From positions 1 to 64,000 of IMG/VR virus record IMGVR_UViG_3300032562_000004: 64,000 nt of DNA. One strand, given 5' to 3'. Shown here piece by piece: positions 1 through 9,728 of the stretch. Position 1 is the first letter of the stretch. Every line of letters begins with the position of its first letter. The notes beneath the pieces are model-generated. The model was not told the DNA's origin. It saw nothing but the letters and a program-made list of their open reading frames with translations, and did no database searches. Both the position numbers and the translations under genes were made by a program.

Positions 1-207
1 GCCTCCTTAGCCCACCTAATATGGTCATCGCACTGCCACTTAATCTTGTCATGGCTAAGCTCAACGTGCTCGTTGGCAATAGACTGTAGTACCTGTTTCA
101 ATGCTTCTATTTTAGCTTGTTGCTGGCGTAGCATTTCAATAGCTTGTTTAACTGCTGGTAAATACCCAACAGAAAGCATCTTTTCAAACTCCTTTAAATC
201 AGCTAGT

Positions 208-414
208 TCATTTGCGTTCATTTATGTCCCCACGTTCTAAAAAAATATTTATAGCGTTATTTGTTATTATTGATTCCTTTTCGTTACCGTCTAAGTCTAC
301 ATAAATAATATTTTTACCGTCAAACTTTATATGCCCTTCGTGGAGGATTAAATCGTATTGGTCTTGGGCTAAAAAGCTAAGCATAATTGGTTTCACTACG
401 TCATAAGTTGTCAT
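208..414 (-). CDS. hypothetical protein
   Basis: 68-aa ORF in the tightly packed minus-strand run. Confidence 0.6.
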   Translation of the reverse strand: MTTYDVVKPIMLSFLAQDQYDLILHEGHIKFDGKNIIYVDLDGNEKESIITNNAINIFLERGDINERK

Positions 415-806
415 TTCTCTTGTGCCTCTTTAATTTGCTCACTATGTTTACATTTGTTCCTATATGCAAATCCAATACAATTGCAAGTATATCTACCGCT
501 CTCCAAAGTAACCGTATAGGTCTTGCCTGAATCGCTTTTGACTGACCAATGAGGCGTATTCTCAAGGTTAGGCACATCAAGCACCACCGTTGCACCATAC
601 GAGTCCAATGCTTCATGTTTGACCTTGATAAACTTACGCCTACGGGTATCTATGGCCAATGGTTTTTTAAAGATAAAAATCTCACCGTTACTCTCTTTTG
701 CATAAGCTAAGGCATTCGATTTTCCATCAAAAAGATATACATTTTGAGGTACGGTGAATTCCACATCCGACCACTCGGTTACTTCTTTATATGCACTAAT
801 ACCCAT
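411..806 (-). CDS. SWIM zinc-finger domain protein
   Basis: YTCNCIGFAYRNKCKH fits the CxC...CxH SWIM pattern. Confidence 0.7.
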   Translation of the reverse strand: MGISAYKEVTEWSDVEFTVPQNVYLFDGKSNALAYAKESNGEIFIFKKPLAIDTRRRKFIKVKHEALDSYGATVVLDVPNLENTPHWSVKSDSGKTYTVTLESGRYTCNCIGFAYRNKCKHSEQIKEAQEK

Positions 807-882
807 TGATAATATCCGCCACTATTAAAATAATTAAACCAATAACAAAAGTTACACCAAAAGCAATCCAAAATTCACTCAT
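796..882 (-). CDS. 28-aa hydrophobic peptide
   Basis: MSEFWIAFGVTFVIGLIILIVADIINGY read by hand; first ORF after the promoter at 906-933. Confidence 0.45.
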   Translation of the reverse strand: MSEFWIAFGVTFVIGLIILIVADIINGY

Positions 883-905
883 TCATATTCTCCATTAATT
901 CTACC

Positions 906-933
906 ATTATACAGGTGTTGGTACCAATGTCAA
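906..933 (-). promoter_or_regulatory. sigma70-type early promoter
   Basis: TTGACA-N16-TATAAT on the minus strand. Confidence 0.7.
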
Positions 934-939
934 TGGTGC

Positions 940-957
940 TGTTGTTTTGGTACAACA
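940..957. promoter_or_regulatory. palindromic operator-like site, copy 1
   Basis: TGTTG-ttttggta-CAACA just upstream of the -35. Confidence 0.65.
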
Positions 958-1058
958 TTTCTATTCACACTTCCGTTGACAAAACCAGTCAAAATATACA
1001 CTTTTGTTGACATTCCGAGCAATTATAGGTGGTTATTAACACTTTTGTTGACACACAC

Positions 1059-1301
1059 TCATTTTGTCCAATCTCTGGTTGTAACCAATCCAATATCCCT
1101 GGCCTTTGGTGATTGCATTTGGTCAATCATTCCCATCATGAGGCGGATTGTATTTCTCTCTGCCATTGGAATATCCACACAATAAATGGCCTCTTCAATC
1201 GCCAATTGTGCAAAGTCAATCAAATCTTCTTTGGTATACATCATGTAATCATCCATTTTGGATTTTTCAAGCAACTTCTCTAAATTTTCGTAATCATTCA
1301 T
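1059..1301 (-). CDS. hypothetical protein
   Basis: 80-aa ORF. Confidence 0.65.
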   Translation of the reverse strand: MNDYENLEKLLEKSKMDDYMMYTKEDLIDFAQLAIEEAIYCVDIPMAERNTIRLMMGMIDQMQSPKARDIGLVTTRDWTK

Positions 1302-1390
1302 TTTAATCCCTCGTCATTATCCAATAAGTAAATATTGAACCAAATATGTAACCAATGGCATATGCCAAATAACACCAATATAATATAAAA

Positions 1391-1705
1391 TCACTCATCA
1401 TTAACCTTTACATTAATATTCATCAACTGCTTAATAGTGGGTGACCATGTATCACGCCAGTCCTCTAAAAATGCCACCTGTTGTTTCAATTCTTTTATTT
1501 CGGCTTGTTGCTGGCTAATGGTTAGGTTTAGAAAATCAATATCTACATCTCTCGATACAGCTTTTTGAATATCTACCAATTCCATTAAGTTAGTTATTTC
1601 AGCTTGTTGCTGGCGTAGCGTGGTGGCGGCTTGTTGCATGGTGTCATAATGCTTTTGTTCCATCCCAACGTTTTCTAATTCATCAGCTAGTTCATTTGCG
1701 TTCAT
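1391..1705 (-). CDS. hypothetical coiled-coil protein
   Basis: 104-aa ORF with a QQQAEI motif twice; ATGA-type overlap with the neighbour. Confidence 0.65.
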   Translation of the reverse strand: MNANELADELENVGMEQKHYDTMQQAATTLRQQQAEITNLMELVDIQKAVSRDVDIDFLNLTISQQQAEIKELKQQVAFLEDWRDTWSPTIKQLMNINVKVNDE

Positions 1706-1989
1706 GTTAATCTCCCCGATTCAAATCGTTCTTGCCATTGTTTACTACGATATTGCTCTTGCTCATATGCCACTTTTAATTGTGTAATTTGTAATTCATA
1801 TTGCTTCATATAACTCAATGCAATATCTAAATCAGTTTGCACTTTATCATGCTCATCCTGTAAACCACGCAACATTACTACTGCCTTCTTAACATGGTGA
1901 TACCGAAACCCATGAGTGTCCATGGCATCTGCCAATAACCGTGGAGTCCATTCTATTGCTTTTCCTTCACATTCACCAATAATTACCAT
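1702..1989 (-). CDS. hypothetical protein
   Basis: 95-aa ORF overlapping both neighbours. Confidence 0.65.
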   Translation of the reverse strand: MVIIGECEGKAIEWTPRLLADAMDTHGFRYHHVKKAVVMLRGLQDEHDKVQTDLDIALSYMKQYELQITQLKVAYEQEQYRSKQWQERFESGRLT

Positions 1990-2171
1990 TGTTCTACCTT
2001 TTCTAATGCTCTAATCAATTCAGATACCACTCGTTTATCAATATTAATAAACATTGTTTTATTCACTTGGTTGGGATACAATTGAATTCTCACCTTATCT
2101 CCCATATCAATTATGGAAGCGTATTGAAGGCCTTGTGATTCAATCGTGGTTGTTGGATAAATTGTGTTCAT
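1983..2171 (-). CDS. hypothetical protein
   Basis: 62-aa ORF, coupled. Confidence 0.6.
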   Translation of the reverse strand: MNTIYPTTTIESQGLQYASIIDMGDKVRIQLYPNQVNKTMFINIDKRVVSELIRALEKVEQW

Positions 2172-2362
2172 TTTCTATATTCCGTAACTGATTCAGCATC
2201 TATCCAAGTTTGATTTTCTTCGTACCAATACTGTAATATAGGACCAACCTTGTCCTCTAACTTTTCTTTAACCGCTCTCCAGCCTATTTGGTGCTCACGG
2301 CCATAAAAATCTATATCCTCTTGGGTCACATGATTCTGTCGTGTTACATATCTTACTTTCAT
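2168..2362 (-). CDS. hypothetical protein
   Basis: 64-aa ORF, 4-nt overlaps. Confidence 0.6.
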   Translation of the reverse strand: MKVRYVTRQNHVTQEDIDFYGREHQIGWRAVKEKLEDKVGPILQYWYEENQTWIDAESVTEYRK

Positions 2363-2568
2363 TCTTCAACTCCAAAATGTTTAAGCAATTCATCTTCAAT
2401 ATCACCGCATCCAATATTCAACGCTACCGCACCACATTCTCGCACAATCAACTCAGCGAACTTGGTTACACCGACATCACCTAAAACCCAACTTGGCCAA
2501 TCGTTTTGATTACCAGAACTGTACTGACCACCTGCATCTAACAGTAATTGTTTAATCTTCTCATTCAT
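2359..2568 (-). CDS. hypothetical phage protein (KFAELIVREC family)
   Basis: 69-aa ORF with the MNEKIKQL...KFAELIVREC motif common in phage early regions. Confidence 0.65.
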   Translation of the reverse strand: MNEKIKQLLLDAGGQYSSGNQNDWPSWVLGDVGVTKFAELIVRECGAVALNIGCGDIEDELLKHFGVEE

Positions 2569-2761
2569 AATATACTTTCAATTCATTACCTTGATAATCT
2601 TTAACTTTAATATGGCCTTTACCCATATACTTTATAAACTGTGTAATAAACCATCGTGGTACATAATCATTAAACTCCACACTAGGTGTTTTGGTTACAA
2701 TTACAGTATCACTAGAATTAAAGAACAGGTTGTTCATATCTTTGCACTCGCATATCTTCAT
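2561..2761 (-). CDS. hypothetical protein
   Basis: 66-aa ORF. Confidence 0.55.
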   Translation of the reverse strand: MKICECKDMNNLFFNSSDTVIVTKTPSVEFNDYVPRWFITQFIKYMGKGHIKVKDYQGNELKVYYE

Positions 2762-2975
2762 TCAAAATCAAATCAATTTCTTCTAATGTTTGTGTTACCA
2801 AAATATCATCAAACGATAAAGTTACTATGCGAGTAACCGGAATATCCGGCTCACAAGGTATTTGTAATATATCTTCATGGTAATACTGAATGTGATTGGA
2901 GTTAATGCGAATTGATTGTTGGTGATAACCCCCCGACATCAATTCACGAATCTGTTTTAATTTAATAATCATCAT
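2718..2975 (-). CDS. hypothetical protein (start uncertain)
   Basis: 85-aa ORF. Confidence 0.5.
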   Translation of the reverse strand: MMIIKLKQIRELMSGGYHQQSIRINSNHIQYYHEDILQIPCEPDIPVTRIVTLSFDDILVTQTLEEIDLILNEDMRVQRYEQPVL

Positions 2976-3339
2976 ATCCTTCCGCCCAAGTTATTTTTGG
3001 ATTTTCTCTTTCATACAATTCAACAATATCTTTGAATTTCCACATTGCATCAGTTTCAAAAGTATTCAACCAATTACTAAATCTACCCCAATCTTGGTCA
3101 GTCATTGGTGGTATACCAATCTCTGCACCATATGGTCCTAAATCATTACCATTGCAATCAATACGACCACACGAATACGATTGAGTAATCTCATTATACT
3201 CAAATGATTCACCAGCTTTTCTGCCAGTTAATTTAGAATCTTCTGTTAGTGTTCGTGTTACTCTTTTAGTTAATCCACGGTCAATATACCATTGCATATT
3301 GATAACACCCATCCAATTGGTAGAATATCTTACTGGCAT
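2962..3339 (-). CDS. hypothetical protein
   Basis: 125-aa ORF abutting the upstream stop. Confidence 0.7.
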   Translation of the reverse strand: MPVRYSTNWMGVINMQWYIDRGLTKRVTRTLTEDSKLTGRKAGESFEYNEITQSYSCGRIDCNGNDLGPYGAEIGIPPMTDQDWGRFSNWLNTFETDAMWKFKDIVELYERENPKITWAEGYDDY

Positions 3340-3561
3340 TTATTTACTTTCATCAATAGGTGGATAATCAAGGTAATTACCAAACTCACTACGATACAAA
3401 ACCGCATCGTCTAAAATTTGTATTTCCAAATCATGGTGCAATATATCATAATCAAGAAAAGTATAATCTTCACGATATACACGAAACACATGGCGGTCGC
3501 CAACACGAATAAGAATGCCCTTCATACCTTTGGCTGATTCGGTGCCTCGTAATCTATTCAT
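3340..3561 (-). CDS. hypothetical protein
   Basis: 73-aa ORF. Confidence 0.65.
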   Translation of the reverse strand: MNRLRGTESAKGMKGILIRVGDRHVFRVYREDYTFLDYDILHHDLEIQILDDAVLYRSEFGNYLDYPPIDESK

Positions 3562-3752
3562 TTTCTTGCTCTCATCATTGCATCTGCCATTTTATAACAA
3601 TGTTCTGCTGTGAAATCCGTATCATCAACTGGCTTTATATGAAAATTCATTGTTGTTAATGCTTTAGCGGCAAAGTAATCACGCAAGTCCATGCCTTCAC
3701 CACTTTGTTTACCATCAGAACTTATCCATTCTAAACTAGGAAATGCTTTCAT
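3558..3752 (-). CDS. hypothetical phage protein (GMxLRDYFAAKA family)
   Basis: GMDLRDYFAAKAL...YKMADAMMRAR motif. Confidence 0.7.
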   Translation of the reverse strand: MKAFPSLEWISSDGKQSGEGMDLRDYFAAKALTTMNFHIKPVDDTDFTAEHCYKMADAMMRARK

Positions 3753-3753
3753 T

Positions 3754-3951
3754 TTAACCCCCATAATAATCAATCAATATATCCAATGCAGCAATATACT
3801 TACCATATAATACCACATCTTCAGGATGAATCCAATACTTTGGATCTTTCTTTTTCTTCTTCAATTCTTCTTTATGATACTCTCTGGCATTTTGCATAGT
3901 GGCTAATGTAATACCATCAGCAACTTCATAACTAATTTCAAGCTTCTTCAT
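3754..3951 (-). CDS. hypothetical protein
   Basis: 65-aa ORF. Confidence 0.6.
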   Translation of the reverse strand: MKKLEISYEVADGITLATMQNAREYHKEELKKKKKDPKYWIHPEDVVLYGKYIAALDILIDYYGG

Positions 3952-4130
3952 TATTCAGCCTCTGCAAAATTACAATAAACTTCTTTATAAATTGTTTTGA
4001 TAGTATCATTAGGATAATTATCTCCACAATATTCTTTAACTTCTTCAACATCAAAGAATTGCACATGAATGGTTCTGCCGGATTCAAACTCGACCATATA
4101 AACACTTTCATAATCTGAATCGTAACTCAT
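3951..4130 (-). CDS. hypothetical protein (59 aa, below track cutoff)
   Basis: MSYDSDYESVYMVEFESGRTIHVQFF... read by hand; fills the gap exactly. Confidence 0.6.
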   Translation of the reverse strand: MSYDSDYESVYMVEFESGRTIHVQFFDVEEVKEYCGDNYPNDTIKTIYKEVYCNFAEAE

Positions 4131-4594
4131 GCTACTTCCTTTTCTTTACAGAATTCAGTAAACTCTTTTAAATTACCTTTGAAGATAATATCATGCGTAT
4201 CACCACTCATGCCAAACATATTGCAACCACAATTATACACTTCAATACGGAATACTTCACCACTCAATAAACCATTCTCACTAAAGATATGATATTCATA
4301 ATCTTGGCCGCAATCGGTAATATCAACAGGATGAATATAGAAACCACCAGGCGTTTGCTTAAAATGAGCAACCATCGATGCCGCTAAACAACCCATACCA
4401 TTATAAACTGCTTCATCAACTGTTTTGGTTGCAATCAAGCCATTCACTAAACGACCACCATTCAAAAACTCTGCCAACTCTGCACCATGGCCTTCAGGAT
4501 AGCCATCGAATTGCCGATACATATTCACAACTGGTTTTTGTATTTGACCGTATTTTTCATATACAAATGTAAGGGATCTTGTTCCCATAATCAA
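4127..4594 (-). CDS. hypothetical phage protein
   Basis: MGTRSLT...YRQFDGYPEGHG motif family. Confidence 0.75.
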   Translation of the reverse strand: MIMGTRSLTFVYEKYGQIQKPVVNMYRQFDGYPEGHGAELAEFLNGGRLVNGLIATKTVDEAVYNGMGCLAASMVAHFKQTPGGFYIHPVDITDCGQDYEYHIFSENGLLSGEVFRIEVYNCGCNMFGMSGDTHDIIFKGNLKEFTEFCKEKEVA

Positions 4595-4782
4595 TACCTC
4601 GCTAAATGTGTTTCAAATTTTTCTTCATACATCTCTACAATAGATTCATCATGCAGCTCACGCATATTATCTACCATCAATACTTTGGTTAATTCTACCA
4701 ATTCGGATTTTTTCATCTTCTTTACTACAAGCATATCTTCTGCAACTAATTCACTAATCAATCTGTCGATTTGTTTACTCAT
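4591..4782 (-). CDS. hypothetical protein
   Basis: 63-aa ORF. Confidence 0.6.
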   Translation of the reverse strand: MSKQIDRLISELVAEDMLVVKKMKKSELVELTKVLMVDNMRELHDESIVEMYEEKFETHLARY

Positions 4783-4900
4783 TTAATAATTTTATAACCT
4801 TTTAATAAAATTTGTTCAACATATAATTCCACAATCGGTTGTGAATCTTCAAAACCTTGTTGTAACGATTTCAATTCTTTAATCACAAAATCCCATGTGT

Positions 4901-5206
4901 TCATGCGCCACACCACCTTATATTTTTATAATCACCAGTTAATACATTACCACGCTTAAAGTTACGAGCAGGAGCATTCCAACTTGCCGACTTTAGAATA
5001 TCACCACGCTTAAACTTTTTATCATCTTTCAACATAATCCAAGAATGTGAACTTTTTTGGTTATCACTCATAATCACATGGACATACTTACGACCAACTT
5101 CATATGAAAACTCTTTATTAACATAACCATTAGAACCATAATCTTTTCGTAGATGGCCAACATACAACGCCAAACCAAATTCTAAATCTGCATTACCTAA
5201 TTTCAT
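4901..5206 (-). CDS. conserved T4-like phage hypothetical protein
   Basis: GRKY...GDILKSASWNAPARNFKRGNV motif seen in aquatic T4-like phages. Confidence 0.7.
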   Translation of the reverse strand: MKLGNADLEFGLALYVGHLRKDYGSNGYVNKEFSYEVGRKYVHVIMSDNQKSSHSWIMLKDDKKFKRGDILKSASWNAPARNFKRGNVLTGDYKNIRWCGA

Positions 5207-5214
5207 AAAAGCTC

Positions 5215-5532
5215 CTAAACATCGTAGCGGTGATGAACCACTAAAATATATTCAAATGGTAGTTCCTCGAAAGGAGCATCCTTATCATACAATGTGTTAA
5301 TATACACAGATACAGATTTACAAAAATAACTACCTGCCTCGGCTGTCGTATCTTGCCAGAAATACTCTCTTGCTAGATTATGTAAATCATTATGATTTAA
5401 ACCATCTGTATGATTATGGACATTGTAATAACTATCCCAGCCATCAATACCAAAGTTTAATGAACCAACCTCAGTTAATATAAAATCATCAAGGTTAATT
5501 GTTCCATTTTCCTTCATTGCACACATAATCAA
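5215..5532 (-). CDS. hypothetical protein
   Basis: 105-aa ORF. Confidence 0.6.
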   Translation of the reverse strand: MIMCAMKENGTINLDDFILTEVGSLNFGIDGWDSYYNVHNHTDGLNHNDLHNLAREYFWQDTTAEAGSYFCKSVSVYINTLYDKDAPFEELPFEYILVVHHRYDV

Positions 5533-5843
5533 TGACTCCTATTATTTGCCCATTGAACGCCACGCTGAAATGCTTCACGCTCAATTCTCAACTCATTGGT
5601 GGTACGAGCATCACGCATATACACATCAAATGCTTTAGCATTACGCTTACGGGTAGAACCTTTGAAACCTGGTTGAGGACGAGGACCTCTAAACATTACA
5701 AAATACTTGGTGAAATCAATAAACGGCAATACTTCAGCATAACGACCAAACGGCACACCTTTATAACTTGAACGAAAACCAATCGGTGTAACATAATCAG
5801 TCAAGGCATTTTGCATTGCTATTTCTTTTAAACGATATTCCAT
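5529..5843 (-). CDS. hypothetical protein
   Basis: GGAG RBS before MEYRLKE. Confidence 0.6.
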   Translation of the reverse strand: MEYRLKEIAMQNALTDYVTPIGFRSSYKGVPFGRYAEVLPFIDFTKYFVMFRGPRPQPGFKGSTRKRNAKAFDVYMRDARTTNELRIEREAFQRGVQWANNRSH

Positions 5844-5896
5844 ATTAACTCCAAAAAGATGTGGTCTTATATCCGACAGAATGCCACATTCAAACA

Positions 5897-6181
5897 TTAT
5901 ACTTTACTTAAATTTACCACTCTAAAATCAAATTCCATAAAACCTGTTTCATGTGGTACATACATTAAAGCACCAACACGATTAGTTTTCTTTGCTTTTG
6001 TTTCGTATTTTTTAAACTTATCTGATGTAACTTCAATTTTAAATGCTTTGTAACCACCTTCCATATTGTTGGCATCAATTACAATACCTTCAATAAATGC
6101 ATCATCACGACCTGCCATTGGTTTAAAATCATAGGCACGGATAATATCACCAACTTTTGCAACTCCAGTAAATTTCAACAT
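5897..6181 (-). CDS. hypothetical protein
   Basis: GAGGA RBS before MLKFTG; promoter at 6236-6264. Confidence 0.7.
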   Translation of the reverse strand: MLKFTGVAKVGDIIRAYDFKPMAGRDDAFIEGIVIDANNMEGGYKAFKIEVTSDKFKKYETKAKKTNRVGALMYVPHETGFMEFDFRVVNLSKV

Positions 6182-6235
6182 AAATCCTCTTTTTTGTGTT
6201 TTACTTTGAAAACTCTTTATAATCAATAATGTACC

Positions 6236-6298
6236 ATTATAAAGGATGCCTGAAAAAACCACAAGCATTCTTTATAAAAGTGTTGTACCGAAACAACA
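6236..6298 (-). promoter_or_regulatory. promoter plus palindrome copy 2
   Basis: TTGTGG-N17-TATAAT; TGTTG-taccgaaa-CAACA at 6281-6298. Confidence 0.6.
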
Positions 6299-6311
6299 CC
6301 ATTATATTTTA

Positions 6312-6503
6312 CTACCAACTGCGTACCGTAAAACATTCAATTTCCACAGATTCAGTTTCATCCAAATCTTCTGGTTTTATTTGACTTTCAGCATTACGAG
6401 CAAAAGCTACTGCCGCATCATTATTATCAAATACTGCCAGATTTGTCCAATCCCAACCAATCAATTCTTCAAAATGACCAGATTTTACCAAATATACTTC
6501 CAT
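6312..6503 (-). CDS. hypothetical acidic protein
   Basis: MEVYLV...AVFDNNDAAVAFA; resembles 7383..7565. Confidence 0.6.
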   Translation of the reverse strand: MEVYLVKSGHFEELIGWDWTNLAVFDNNDAAVAFARNAESQIKPEDLDETESVEIECFTVRSW

Positions 6504-6700
6504 TATGCTCTCCATGAAGCGTCATCAATTAATTGCTCTTCGATTTGGTCAAAGGCATCCAATGCATCAATAATACAAGAGTCGGCGCAGCTCATCTGAC
6601 TCTCAACATCTTCCAAACCATTTTCACAAGCATAATGATAAACATCAGATAATAATGCCTGTGCTGTTTTCAGCTTTTCAACCATTTCTTGATTAATCAT
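6503..6700 (-). CDS. hypothetical protein
   Basis: 65-aa acidic ORF. Confidence 0.6.
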   Translation of the reverse strand: MINQEMVEKLKTAQALLSDVYHYACENGLEDVESQMSCADSCIIDALDAFDQIEEQLIDDASWRA

Positions 6701-6920
6701 CGTTTTCTCCAAATACTGTTGAAATATCACGCTCTACCAATTCTGTTTCCAATTCTTCATCGGTATAAGCATTATAACCTTTAAAACCACCAGTTAGTAT
6801 TTCTGATAAAAAGAATTCATCATTATATTCACCTTTGGCGGTTAAAATAGTATTAATATCATCATTTACCAATGTTTCAATGGCATTATCCCGCCATTTA
6901 GGTCTAAAACTTGTTACCAT
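6693..6920 (-). CDS. hypothetical protein
   Basis: 75-aa acidic ORF. Confidence 0.6.
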   Translation of the reverse strand: MVTSFRPKWRDNAIETLVNDDINTILTAKGEYNDEFFLSEILTGGFKGYNAYTDEELETELVERDISTVFGENDD

Positions 6921-6921
6921 A

Positions 6922-7221
6922 TTATACCTCATCTATCATATTTAAATATTGTTCTAAATGGTCACGGACTCTATTATCTTCTGCTGAATAGAATACATAA
7001 TCACCCATTTCGTGCCGATATTCAGAATCAACATATTCAAAACCACCATAATACTGTAATGTGCGGTCATTACCTTTATAAACACCAATACAATCTGGCG
7101 TTACAAACAGTTTACCGCAACGATTATCGAGACCTAACTGCTTAGCATTAGCTTTACTCATATTAACCACATAATTCTCAGTTAATTCTGTTACCTCATC
7201 AATCAATTCAAATAAATCCAT
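6922..7221 (-). CDS. hypothetical protein
   Basis: 99-aa ORF. Confidence 0.65.
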   Translation of the reverse strand: MDLFELIDEVTELTENYVVNMSKANAKQLGLDNRCGKLFVTPDCIGVYKGNDRTLQYYGGFEYVDSEYRHEMGDYVFYSAEDNRVRDHLEQYLNMIDEV

Positions 7222-7382
7222 ACTATACCTCAATTCTATCTACTTTAGACTGCAAATCAGAAAACTCAGAAGCGTCCTGCTCATCATAATAAGGAGAATC
7301 CTCATCATAGATATTGTCCTGATAATCACATAATGCCAAATGGATTAACTCCAATTGGTTCTCATTTACTTCCAATATAATC

Positions 7383-7565
7383 TTACTCATAATCTAATTC
7401 CTCAATTTCAATAGTTTCAGGTGAATTATCTGCCTTTGCCTGCTCTTTTAATACTTTGGCAAACTCCCAAGCATTTTCAAAGTTATTAAATGCTTTAATT
7501 GCTTCGGTAGACCAATTATTAGTTTCTACCTCTAAATGAGATAATACTACAAATACTTTACTCAT
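7383..7565 (-). CDS. hypothetical protein
   Basis: 60-aa ORF. Confidence 0.6.
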   Translation of the reverse strand: MSKVFVVLSHLEVETNNWSTEAIKAFNNFENAWEFAKVLKEQAKADNSPETIEIEELDYE

Positions 7566-7723
7566 ACTAAATCCTCAATGTAAGGTTGTTCGATAATCTG
7601 ATAATCATAATCGGTAATATCTTCACCATTTTCAAGATTATCAGTAATTGCATTAAATACCCATTTATCTGCTCGAGTATCATCTTCTACCAGTAAATCC
7701 ATTGTTATTCTAACTAATTTCAT
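7562..7723 (-). CDS. hypothetical protein (53 aa)
   Basis: MKLVRITMDLLVEDD... read by hand; ATGA overlaps. Confidence 0.55.
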   Translation of the reverse strand: MKLVRITMDLLVEDDTRADKWVFNAITDNLENGEDITDYDYQIIEQPYIEDLV

Positions 7724-7884
7724 TTATCATTATCTTTCATTGCTTGTTGGATTGTCATAATCTGAATGGTATCTCTTAAAGCATCCGCAATACGCATCAA
7801 TTCATCATCATTATTACCAAACTCATGTAAAGCATTAACTAATACTTCCAATTGTTTATCATTTAAATCTAATACTAATTTCAT
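7720..7884 (-). CDS. hypothetical protein (54 aa)
   Basis: MKLVLDLNDKQLEVL... read by hand. Confidence 0.55.
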   Translation of the reverse strand: MKLVLDLNDKQLEVLVNALHEFGNNDDELMRIADALRDTIQIMTIQQAMKDNDK

Positions 7885-7902
7885 ATTATCTTTCTTTTTT
7901 AA

Positions 7903-8268
7903 TCATAATTGCTTCGTATTAAAAATATTCATTAACTTTTCATAATCATTAACATTCAATTGAAATGGTTTATCTTTACGACCACTACCACCACCAATTT
8001 GTTTAAAATGATTGTAACCGTTCACTATCGAATTATATTCTTTAATAAAATAAGGTTCCATTTCATTTAAACAATGATTTTTATCTTTGGATTGATAGAT
8101 AATATCAAAATCAAAATTCTCTATGCCACAATCTTTCATTGCTTGATTAACCAAACTCCATTTAATTGTATGTTCAAACATTCTACGCTCAAATGACCGA
8201 CCTGTATAACCGATGTAAACTTTATTATTGATTTTGTTTGTGATTTTGTATATTGAATATATACTCAT
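7903..8268 (-). CDS. GIY-YIG endonuclease (Seg-like, short)
   Basis: SIYKITNKINNKVYIGYT...R...E...GYN. Confidence 0.85.
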   Translation of the reverse strand: MSIYSIYKITNKINNKVYIGYTGRSFERRMFEHTIKWSLVNQAMKDCGIENFDFDIIYQSKDKNHCLNEMEPYFIKEYNSIVNGYNHFKQIGGGSGRKDKPFQLNVNDYEKLMNIFNTKQL

Positions 8269-8289
8269 GCTGGCATCCTTCCTGATGTT

Positions 8290-8333
8290 AGAGTAGGTGG
8301 GATCCCCCGATCCGTGACCTACACCTATTTATA
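8290..8333 (-). promoter_or_regulatory. late promoter TATAAATA plus conserved stem-loop upstream of GIY-YIG gene
   Basis: TATAAATA-GGT-GTAGGT-CAC-GGATC-gggg-GATCC-C-ACCTAC-TC; homologous to 48021-48067. Confidence 0.8.
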
Positions 8334-8395
8334 CCAAACGCTCACTAACAAACACAATCTTACTAATAACCACTCATAGAATGGTTACTATAAAA

Positions 8396-9148
8396 TCACG
8401 CTGCCAATTTTAATTCAATTGTTGGATACTTAACGAAACCACTTGTATCCTTCTTTGCTTTACCTTTAGCATATAATCCAACAATAACACCTTTTGGATC
8501 TAAAAAGCGTAAATCACTTTCATCGCCATTATATACTGGCAAACCAAGGTAAGTATCGGGCATTGGTAATGTTTTCTTAATACCAAATACTACAGCAATA
8601 TTATAACCTTGCTTAATCGCTTCACGCACATCATTATCATTACCATCAGCGGCCGAGAAGGTTAAACTATAATTACTAATATGATTAACTTTACGACCTA
8701 ATACTTTTGAATAATCATAGAAGGTAACAAAACCAAACGCCGCAAAGATATTAGAGTAAGTAACATTACCCATAGTAACTGGATATTTCTCCCATGAAAT
8801 ATCGCTAGTACCATTTAAACGAATAACTGGAACTAAACCTGCTTTGGCAGATTGCTTAATCGCCAAGTTAATATCTTTCACCAATAACTCCATAAACAGG
8901 TCACGATTATCAAAGAATAGATTAGTTTTACGAATCCGTGCTTTTTGAATAGTATTAGTATTCTCGCCTTTTTTAAACATACCGCCACGACCAGCAGTAT
9001 TCAAACACGCAGAAATGCAACCTGGTGTTGCTTTAGGACAGGTATTATGACCTGATAATGATGCTGGTGCTAAATGAAGAATATAGGTATTATAACCTTG
9101 CTTCATTCCCTTTAAAGTCTTGGGATTACCGACTGATAATAAATTCAT
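8396..9148 (-). CDS. GP88-like phage protein (Cys-rich, putative Fe-S)
   Basis: HLAPA...NTCPKATPGCISACLNTAGRG, IRLNGTSD, FYDYSK, GDESDLRFLD. Confidence 0.7.
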   Translation of the reverse strand: MNLLSVGNPKTLKGMKQGYNTYILHLAPASLSGHNTCPKATPGCISACLNTAGRGGMFKKGENTNTIQKARIRKTNLFFDNRDLFMELLVKDINLAIKQSAKAGLVPVIRLNGTSDISWEKYPVTMGNVTYSNIFAAFGFVTFYDYSKVLGRKVNHISNYSLTFSAADGNDNDVREAIKQGYNIAVVFGIKKTLPMPDTYLGLPVYNGDESDLRFLDPKGVIVGLYAKGKAKKDTSGFVKYPTIELKLAA

Positions 9149-9203
9149 AATATAAACTTTCTCAAAAATTACAATCGAGCGCAACTCTCTCACTTAAAAA
9201 ACC

Positions 9204-9297
9204 ATTATACAGGCATTAGAATGAACCACAATCAAATTGGCACATTCCAATACGGTTTCTCTGTCGAAAAACCAGTATGTGTTGTATCGGAACAACG
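9204..9297 (-). promoter_or_regulatory. promoter plus palindrome copy 3
   Basis: TTGTGG-N16-TATAAT; TGTTG-tatcggaa-CAACG at 9280-9297. Confidence 0.55.
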
Positions 9298-9545
9298 ACT
9301 TAATCTTTAATACATTCAACCAAGTAACCATTACCTTCCATTTTGGATAATAATGCTTTAATCGTTTTATCCATCATATTAGATAATGGATAATACTCCG
9401 TTCTAAATCCAACCTTACTGCAAACAAATGTATAACCTTTCATAATACCCTTTCTACTTTAATATTACCAGACATTACCTTAAACTGATTATCAATATCA
9501 CTAAAATGATAAGATAATAGTATAATCAAACAAACGATAATAACT

Positions 9546-9728
9546 TTATCCATTATCTAATGCCATTTCAATATCTAACCAGTTATTAAACTCCTCATTA
9601 TAGGCAATGGGATCCATTTCCTTCAATATATCAGAAGGAGAAAATGATATACCAGCAATAACTACATCACCATGCTGATTATCAAAATAATAGTTAAAAT
9701 CTTCAACCAAACGCTTCATACTGCTCAT
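9546..9728 (-). CDS. hypothetical phage protein
   Basis: PSDILKEMDPIAY motif. Confidence 0.65.
   Translation of the reverse strand: MSSMKRLVEDFNYYFDNQHGDVVIAGISFSPSDILKEMDPIAYNEEFNNWLDIEMALDNG

Noticed and set aside
246-253. Exact TATAAATA late-promoter matches inside coding sequence (246-253 and 19768-19775, minus strand)
   Set aside because: Expected by chance in AT-rich DNA; no supporting leader or late gene identifiable directly downstream.
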